This document shows positions 38,447-44,927 of a stretch of DNA of 44,927 bases, piece after piece. The DNA comes from Phoronis australis (lineage: Eukaryota > Animalia > Phoronida), in assembly GCA_002633005.1 (NCBI GenBank), contig NMRA01000001.1, positions 4,813,235 to 4,858,161 on the forward strand. Direction: 5' to 3'. Position numbers and translations under genes: made by a program. The number at the start of each line of letters is the position of its first letter. Within the stretch, counting starts at the first letter, position 1. The notes under the pieces were generated by a model, which saw nothing but the letters and a program-made list of their open reading frames with translations, did not search any database and was not told where the DNA came from.

Positions 38447-38959
38447 GTAAGCACAGGCTGTTTAACTTAAAACTGCATTTCAACCTGTTTAACTGGTTAA
38501 AAACGACAATCGAATTAGGATTTTACTTTCATAAAATCGGTCTCACGATGTCTTTTCCGTTACCAATTAATCAAGGCAAAGGCAATGCGTACCTGCGCAT
38601 TTTCGAATTCGCAGTTTTAGGGTAGGCCGACCCCAATTAACAACGGAAGCGTTTTCTCCGAGTCGCTGAAGATTTCGACTGACGTTCTTGTTCTTAACTG
38701 AACTAGAATCTTATCATGATACTGGGTCGATTTTGTAATAAGTAAAATGCCAAATTCGACTTTCATTTTAGCGGGGTGAAATGCAGTTAATGCTTTATAG
38801 TAGTTTAAATTATAAAACTGCAGGCCATTCACTCTGGTACAATTTTCTGAGAGTCTTTATTGGTGGGGAATCTCGGGTTTTCGCCTCATACTTTTATAAG
38901 TTTTAGATAAGTAATGTGGACGCCACGCCCAGTCAGGAAGCTGCGATATAAGGAATTAG

Positions 38960-39119
38960 GGTACCAACTGTCGTTCACGTTATTACGGTCAATGTCAAAC
39001 TAAATATGTCACCTTCGTCACTAATGGTTACTGCGGTCACTGTGGATACACACCTTGGCACAAAAGGAATTGTGGTCTTGTCAGATTCTACGCCAGAAAA
39101 GCTGTCGGATGTAACTGCG
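38960..39119 (+). pseudogene. Paralog B exon 3 homolog with no in-frame acceptor as assembled
   Basis: Encodes GTNCRSRYYGQCQTKYVTFVTNGYCGHCGYTPWHKRNCGLVRFYARKAVGCNC then G|gtgagt, clearly homologous to A. The nearest AG (38958-38959) gives the wrong phase, and an in-frame TAG blocks upstream acceptors. Confidence 0.6.
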
Positions 39120-39708
39120 GTGAGTAGACTCTTAAAGACTCAATTGTCCGGTTCCGTTTCATCGGTTCACAGCCATGGAGATATCTTCTAATTTAAAACT
39201 TTCGGAGGTGTGACGGAGATAACTTAACAGTGGATTAGCAGCTGCCTTAGTCACTCTCTGGTTGTTGTCATCTTTTATTGGATTAAAAGCCTGTGAACGT
39301 GCGCATAGTGTTGCGTCTGCATACTTATATATAAATAAAAGTAGTCAATGGCTGCTCTCATAATTTCAGAATTTCTTTATTTTCAAAGAAAAATGTACCT
39401 GCAGGTAAAAAACAACGCTTGTAACCACACCAAATATGTTGGTTTCAGGTGACGTTTGGATTGTCATTTCGACTCATTTTCTTGCAGATAAAAATGAATT
39501 AGCTTATGAAATTTGCATCATCTTTACACGACACTAATGAAACACAAAACAATTGTTTTTCAAATATGTAGGAAGCTTTGTAGGTATAGAATCTACCTTT
39601 CACTTCGACATTGAATTTGGACGGACGATGCCGTGTTCGGTGATGTCCAAATCGGTGTTAGTTCGAAATGAGTATTTCCTCACCTCACAATACTAATTTA
39701 TATTTCAG

Positions 39709-39830
39709 TAAGAAGAGCCTGCCACAAACCCAAATGCCCAAAATACTGTCGCTACGGTTACTACTGGTACACCGTCCAGAGCTGCAAGTATTGCAAGTGT
39801 AGGCGTTACTATGGTGGCGGGGGAAAATAA
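39709..39830 (+). pseudogene. Paralog B exon 4 homolog: single antistasin-like repeat ending GGGGK*; 1 extra nt after the canonical acceptor
   Basis: tatttcag|TAAGAAGAGCCTTGC versus A ccag|TGAGAAGACCCTGT. The Cys frame reads PCHKPKCPKYCRYGYYWYTVQSCKYCKCRRYYGGGGK*. Confidence 0.6.
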
Positions 39831-41404
39831 ATGACAACGCATTGCAGTGTTCACTCGTCACTAGCTACAACCTGAAATGCTTAAACATTCGTCAAAGTAA
39901 AGAAATTATACTGCTCTGCATTCCAACATTTTTTGGTAAATGTTGTGCTTTTGGAAAATAATGTAGTCCTTGTTTACCCGAATTTTGAATCATTGAAAAT
40001 CTTTACTCTCCTTGCTGGTTCATGGAACTTAGAAATAAATTATACTCCACCCATACATCTACTTGTCTTGTTGATTTCCTCTTACGAACTATAACTTTTC
40101 AAGTCATTAAAATATATTTTTCTCAGTTATCTCTCGTCTCCCAGCCATTTTTGTTTTCACCTGAGGAGTCATCGTGGACTTGCGGTGAACTGTGGGTTCT
40201 GTTATTACGCCAACCCTTCCATACGACGGTCATATGAGATACTCAGCGGCCGGATTTCCTTGAACAGAGTTCATAATTGAACGCTAATATAATTCAGTGT
40301 CAAAAATACATAGATGTAGACAAATATTGCCAACGGACTATCACGACGAATCTACCAACTTCGACGTCAAAAGCACAATCTTTTGCTATGTTAGGGTTGT
40401 ATTTATCAAAGGTAAGGTTTTGATTTTTAAAATGTAGACCAAACTGTGGATTGTAGTAGTAGCCTCGGGTGATTACGGGGCTGGCTACAACCGGGACACG
40501 GCTGAGGTCGAATTTGGGGTTCTGTTGTTTCACGTGCAGTTCACGAATACTTAGGCGCTGAATTTGCTTATTTAGCTAGCTGAAAATACGAAACAACTGA
40601 ATTAAACTTTTCATTCTCCTATCTCAAAAATTGGACTCACAATATTCCGTTATTAACAAAAACATTAAAACCAATAGCGTTACAAAAAAAAAAAAAACGT
40701 TTCAGAGTTTATTGTGGTTGGCAACCTTAAAATTCAAATTCGAAAATGGCGCATTACTTGTGACTGGAATTGGTAACGGAAATGTAATTCTACAAGGGAA
40801 AGGAATATCACAAGATCGACTTATGAAAGTAAAAGGCTAAGTCCGATGTACGTTTTCAGCCAGGGCGAAATAAAGCTTCGATTGAATCTATGAAGACGTG
40901 TCAGAGAAGGGGAGCAATTTCTGTCTAAACTTTAGCAGAGAGGGGTGGAAAGTTTCAGGAAAAAATGGAAATTTTGTCTGTGTGGAGGGGGGGGGGGATC
41001 TAACGTCATTAGGCATTTTCAGTAATAGGCATTTTCAGTAAAAGAAAACATTAAAAACGTTTGTTTCTCCTATAAGTTACTCGTTAGTGTACGTTAGCTT
41101 CAGTCACCTAAGAATTACTAGGGGGGAAATTCAGGCCATTTATTGTTACCATATCAATTCAAACATAAAAACACAATGACCTGCTTCAGAAGAGCAGACG
41201 TTCTTAACAACATTAAATATGGTTCACAAGTGTGTATGTTACTTTTATTTGTTTTGTGAAGTCACTTTTGGGATTGTTCTAATCTTTTATTTGGGAATAA
41301 TGACTTGTACCTTATTTCCATATTACAAGTTTTATGACTGTGGACACTTACTCAGTTGGGTAAAGTCCAGAAGTATAAGTTTAACAGTGTGTTAAGCAGT
41401 AGTA

Positions 41405-41849
41405 CCGCATTTTCTGTAGATAAGCCCATGGGCGTGTATTCGGAAAATGAAAATTTTAAGGTGTTTTAATATTAAACACCAAATAAATGCTTGGGCCTTT
41501 ATTCGGAAAAGGGGGCGTGTAAACAGAAAGTCATAGTTTTGCTGACTTTGACATTCTTCACTTAAAACTGTTTTTAAATTTAAATTTACACTCATAAATG
41601 CACAGTTCACCCACACCTTGCTCGTTTTTATAAATGATGACTATTTCATAAAACTGAACTTATGACAAAAAGTTGACTGGGAGTGGGCTTTTAAGAGAAA
41701 ATTTTCCAAATAAACCTCCCACTATCTGGACACTTGACACAAGAAGTTGTAGCACCAAATGAACGCCCATGGGCGTTTATATGGCATAATTTTCTGAATA
41801 GACGCCCATGGGCGTTTCATTGGGTGGGCTCATCTACAGAAAACCCCGG
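41405..41849. mobile_element. MITE with Tc1/mariner-pogo-like termini
   Basis: ta|ccgcattttctgtagataagccca ... tgggctcatctacagaaaaccccgg, with internal gcccatgggcg palindromes. Confidence 0.6.
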
Positions 41850-41971
41850 CAGGATGGAAAGGCTATGTGGTAGCATAAACAGCCAATCTTGATGCATTAC
41901 ACATTAACAAAATTATCATTCTTGATCAATGACGCAAACAATGATACAAGCAATCTATTCCAAGACTTGTC

Positions 41972-42118
41972 TCAAAACCCTTTCTGCAGAAGAAATTGTG
42001 CAACATGTTGAGCATGAGTTCCTTTAACACGAATACTTCGAGTAACTTCATTCACTTGAGTATAAATATGTCCCTTTATATACTGGCTCAAATATTCTTT
42101 AAGATCCTCTTCAAGTTT
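41972..42118 (-). CDS. MRPL49: Mitochondrial ribosomal protein L49 (mL49/Img2), last exon
   Basis: tttttttag|KLEEDLKEYL...TQVNEVTRSIRVKGTHAQHVAQFLLQKGF*. The C-terminal KG...L..KGF is typical of mL49. Not in the ORF track. Confidence 0.9.
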   Translation of the reverse strand, partial: KLEEDLKEYLSQYIKGHIYTQVNEVTRSIRVKGTHAQHVAQFLLQKGF

Positions 42119-42214
42119 CTAAAAAAAAACAAATATTTTCCCATTAATGATACTACAGAGTTTGATCATAACCATGCAATCAAAGTGTCCAAGAAGTCAT
42201 GATGTCACTTTAGT

Positions 42215-42630
42215 CTTCAGGGTCTGCTGTCTTTGTACTTGAGATCGAACTAAAAATTATTTTTGCCATATTCCATTCCGCTGTTGTGCCATTGCAAGAC
42301 CAGTGTCTATTATTGTGTGCCTGAGTACATTATGGTTTATGTGGATGACTTTCTAATCCTAGTTTTGACTTGATGACAACAGCATTAATGCTATAATTTC
42401 GAGTCTGAACTCGAAATTTCAAGTTCTTCCTTGAAATCTCGAGCTTTTACTTGATTTTGCAGCTTGAGTCTAGGGGTCATCAAATCAAACTAGACACTCT
42501 CATATGAAATACATAATGTATTCCAGCACACAAAAACAAACCCCCATCTTGAAATGATCTAATCACCTAGAATGAAATAACTCCGAACTAGATTTCGAGT
42601 AAAAAGATTAGACCATGGGATGTAGTCTGC
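42215..42630. mobile_element. Fold-back (almost fully palindromic) MITE-like element in the last MRPL49 intron
   Basis: Nested inverted matches: ctttgtacttgagatc/gatttcgagtaaaaag, tgtgtgcctgagtacattatg/cataatgtattccagcacaca, ctagttttgacttgatgac/gtcatcaaatcaaactag. Confidence 0.65.
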
Positions 42631-42683
42631 TTTAGTTTTGTACCTAAAATATAATCAGTAAAAAAGTTTAAAAAAAATCTTAA

Positions 42684-42965
42684 TACACACACTCAGACAT
42701 CTCCTTCAACCTTGCCAAAAATATTGTTTTGAAAGTACACCCACCCAGATATCTCATTCAACCATGCCTAGCACATTATTCAAGCACACCTACCCAGATA
42801 TCTCATTCAACCATGCCTAGCACATTATTCAAGTACACCCACCCAGATATCTCATTCAACCATGCCTAGCACATTATTCAAGTACACCTACCCAGATATC
42901 TCATTCAACCATGCCTAGCACATTATTCAAGCACACCTACCCAGATATCTCCTTCAACCTTGCCG
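42684..42965. repeat. 49-nt tandem repeat (~6 copies) derived from the MRPL49 exon end and splice donor
   Basis: cccagatatc recurs at 42744, 42793, 42842, 42891 and 42940, with a degenerate copy at ~42692. Confidence 0.9.
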
Positions 42966-43065
42966 ACCCGTGTGTATTTTCTGTTAATATCGCTCTTCAC
43001 TTCTTCGTACACAGGTAACATATGGTTTTTACTTCGTCCAACAAAGTACCTGTCGCCTAGGTGAC
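42941..43065 (-). CDS. MRPL49: MRPL49 penultimate exon
   Basis: tttcag|(G)HLGDRYFVGRSKNHMLPVYEEVKSDINRKYTRVGKVEGDIW|gtaggt matches the YFV.R....LPVY...T...K.EGDIW signature of mL49, and phases are consistent. Confidence 0.9.
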
Positions 43066-43341
43066 CTGAAATATTGAAAGGGCAGATAGGAGCCACATTG
43101 AGAAATAGCTTTCAAATGTTCCAAGCTGACAATGTCAGATTTTTGGTGATACAGGCAACAAACAGTTGAAGTAAAGTGGAGCAAACCTGCAGATTTATTT
43201 TAACTTGAGATGACTGAGTAGAAACTTGGCTCATTTCACATGATAAGACCAACATATGGCATGTAAGAAGACTAATAATTGTTACTTATACTATATCAAC
43301 GCACTGCAGCATATATGTAATCTGGAGTGTACTAGTATTAC

Positions 43342-43525
43342 CTGTAGGGCCGATCCAACCGGACGGTGTAGGCGAGTCTACTTGAGGTGGTTCAGGTATC
43401 CGTGTGTATGGTAAAAGAGGCTTGACACTTTCAAAGAGGTCACTTCTTTCTTTAAAGCTGCTAATCAAGGTCGATTCCTCATCTGCAGCTGTTTTGTGTA
43501 CAATATTGGACGTAGCCACCAGATT
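43342..43525 (-). CDS. MRPL49: MRPL49 upstream internal exon (first exon not located)
   Basis: ttttggtgcag|NLVATS...FESVKPLLPYTRIPEPP..PTPSGWIGPT G|gtaata. The V..LLP..IP.PP...TPSGW motif is typical of metazoan mL49. Confidence 0.85.
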
Positions 43526-43689
43526 CTGCACCAAAAAATTATTTAGATCCATGTATAAAGTAAAACAAGTTACAGTAGTTACACAAAGTTAGAGAGAGGC
43601 TATGTGCTGCCTAGACAGTGACCACCGTTTCTAGCTGGCCCTAAGAGACAATGAAGCTGCTAATATAGGCGCTTCATACGCTGAAAGCT

Positions 43690-44122
43690 TTCAAGCAAAT
43701 TATGCCTCACATTGATTAAAACATCAAAGCCACGTTATTATAAGTACCTTTTGTGCATAGAGGGATACCCTAGGAGGCAGTTGATAGTCTTTAATTCCTT
43801 CCAACTCGAACAAATACTCCCGTAATCAAACATTTTTTTCGAGCAGTTCTTTGTTCAGTTGCCCAAATCGGCAACTGGCCATTTTTACACTTCGCGCACC
43901 CTTATTTTTGCTACGCTCGACAGGAGTGCACCTAGTGTTAAAAATGACCATACGGATTTCAACTGAACGAAGGACTGCTAAAAAAACGTCTGATTGCAGG
44001 AGTATTTGGAAGGAATTAAAGACTTCGACAGCCTCCTAAGGTGTCCCTCTATATGCAAAAGGTAGTAATAACAATGTGACTTTGATGTTTTAACCAGTGT
44101 GACGTATAATTCTGCTGTGAAA
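43690..44122. mobile_element. MITE-like element with long (~130 nt) degenerate inverted repeats
   Basis: ttaaaacatcaaag...ctttaattccttccaa pairs with ttggaaggaattaaag...ctttgatgttttaa. Confidence 0.7.
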
Positions 44123-44181
44123 CGTGCTTCCGGTGAATCATATATAAGCTTCTTTTAGCCACTCAAACGCTAACGGGCAAA

Positions 44182-44260
44182 TGCCTATAAGCTGAATGGT
44201 TAGCACGTTCACTGGTTAAATCTGGGTCGCTGGTTCAATTCTCGAGGTCGGGTAATCTCG
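44182..44260 (+). mobile_element. tRNA-derived SINE head (not a functional tRNA)
   Basis: A-box-like aagctgaatggttagc and B-box ggttcaattct at tRNA spacing; stems pair poorly. Confidence 0.55.
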
Positions 44261-44532
44261 GCTGTTACGGCAATTGGAGTAGTCGGCAAACGGATGATAT
44301 ACAGATGAAGCACTGCACAGGTCCTCGGACCTCAGACAGCACGCTTGATGGTGAGCCTAGACCAGGAGTCGAGGACCTTAATGCGAGACAATCTTGGAGT
44401 TCATGTCGGGCGGCTATCCTGGTGAGTTAAAAATCCAAGAGTAAAATCATGTGACGTAGTCCAGGAGTAAAATCCTGTGATGTTTCAGGAGTGCTTGTTC
44501 ATAGGAAAGGGGGAAATGTTGTGAAATGTGTT

Positions 44533-44927
44533 CAGGGCTCAACACTAACGGTTGCCCGATTGCCCGTGTACATGTAGATTTTGCGTCGGGCAAGTGGAAT
44601 TTGAAAAGTACTTGCCCGATGGGCAAGTTAAAAAGCTAGCCGCATAGGCAAGTAGATCCTAAGATTGTCTGCTCTACATTTGCTCCGAAGTAACGAACCC
44701 CGACACAAGCCTAAAAACCCTTGAAAAAGCCCCTGTGGCCGTCAAAGAAACTCCCGTCTTCGAATGAGGACCGAAAGGAAAATAGATCGAGTGTGATGCA
44801 GCGTGCACAGATGACACTCGCGGTCAAATCCTTTCGATTCTCTGAACGTGCCCTGCAGTTTCTGAATAAGTTGTCACGTGATACTACTGATCGTCTGCAC
44901 TCTGGCAAAACGTCTAAACATGGAAGC
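44533..44927 (+). mobile_element. Left end of a hAT-like DNA element running off the window
   Basis: CAGGG start followed by repeated subterminal TTGCCCG/CGGGCAAGT motifs. Confidence 0.5.

Noticed and set aside
40165-40280. Third paralog relic (VNCGFCYY resembling GYCGYC)
   Set aside because: Only a CGxC tetrapeptide matches; the flanking Cys and the ARKAVGCNC motif are missing.
44182-44260. Functional tRNA gene
   Set aside because: A and B boxes are present but the acceptor and anticodon stems do not pair; treated as a SINE head.
44870-44927. MRPL49 first exon (ASMFRRFARV on the - strand looks like a mitochondrial presequence)
   Set aside because: It meets a stop after 15 codons, has only a weak phase-0 donor, lies within a probable hAT element and is cut by the window edge; unresolved.

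Overview
AT-rich, intron-containing eukaryotic (animal, probably invertebrate) genomic DNA with four single-N joins. Reading across splice sites gives four gene models. (1) A 3-coding-exon gene on the - strand (13821->10313, ~372 aa) with a TBP-like-looking N-terminal motif and a C-terminal phospholipase-D-like fold whose HxK catalytic motif appears lost. (2) The main finding, a pair of tandem 4-exon paralogs on the + strand (A: 21226-26118, intact, 309 aa; B: 34846/36701-39830, with reading-frame problems at its 3' exons). They encode secreted precursors made of a signal peptide, a Glu-rich propeptide with repeated E-E-R processing motifs, a very basic Spaetzle/neurotrophin-type cystine-knot domain and antistasin-like Cys repeats. 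The ORF track shows only disconnected pieces of them. (3) Three coding exons of MRPL49 on the - strand (43525->41972). The rest is transposon debris (hAT with 8-bp TSD, Academ-like, Tx1/L1-like and CR1/L2-like LINE ends, tRNA-derived SINEs, MITEs), mini- and microsatellites, and two N-joined tandem duplications that look like uncollapsed haplotypes. All family assignments come from motif recognition by eye; no database searches were run.
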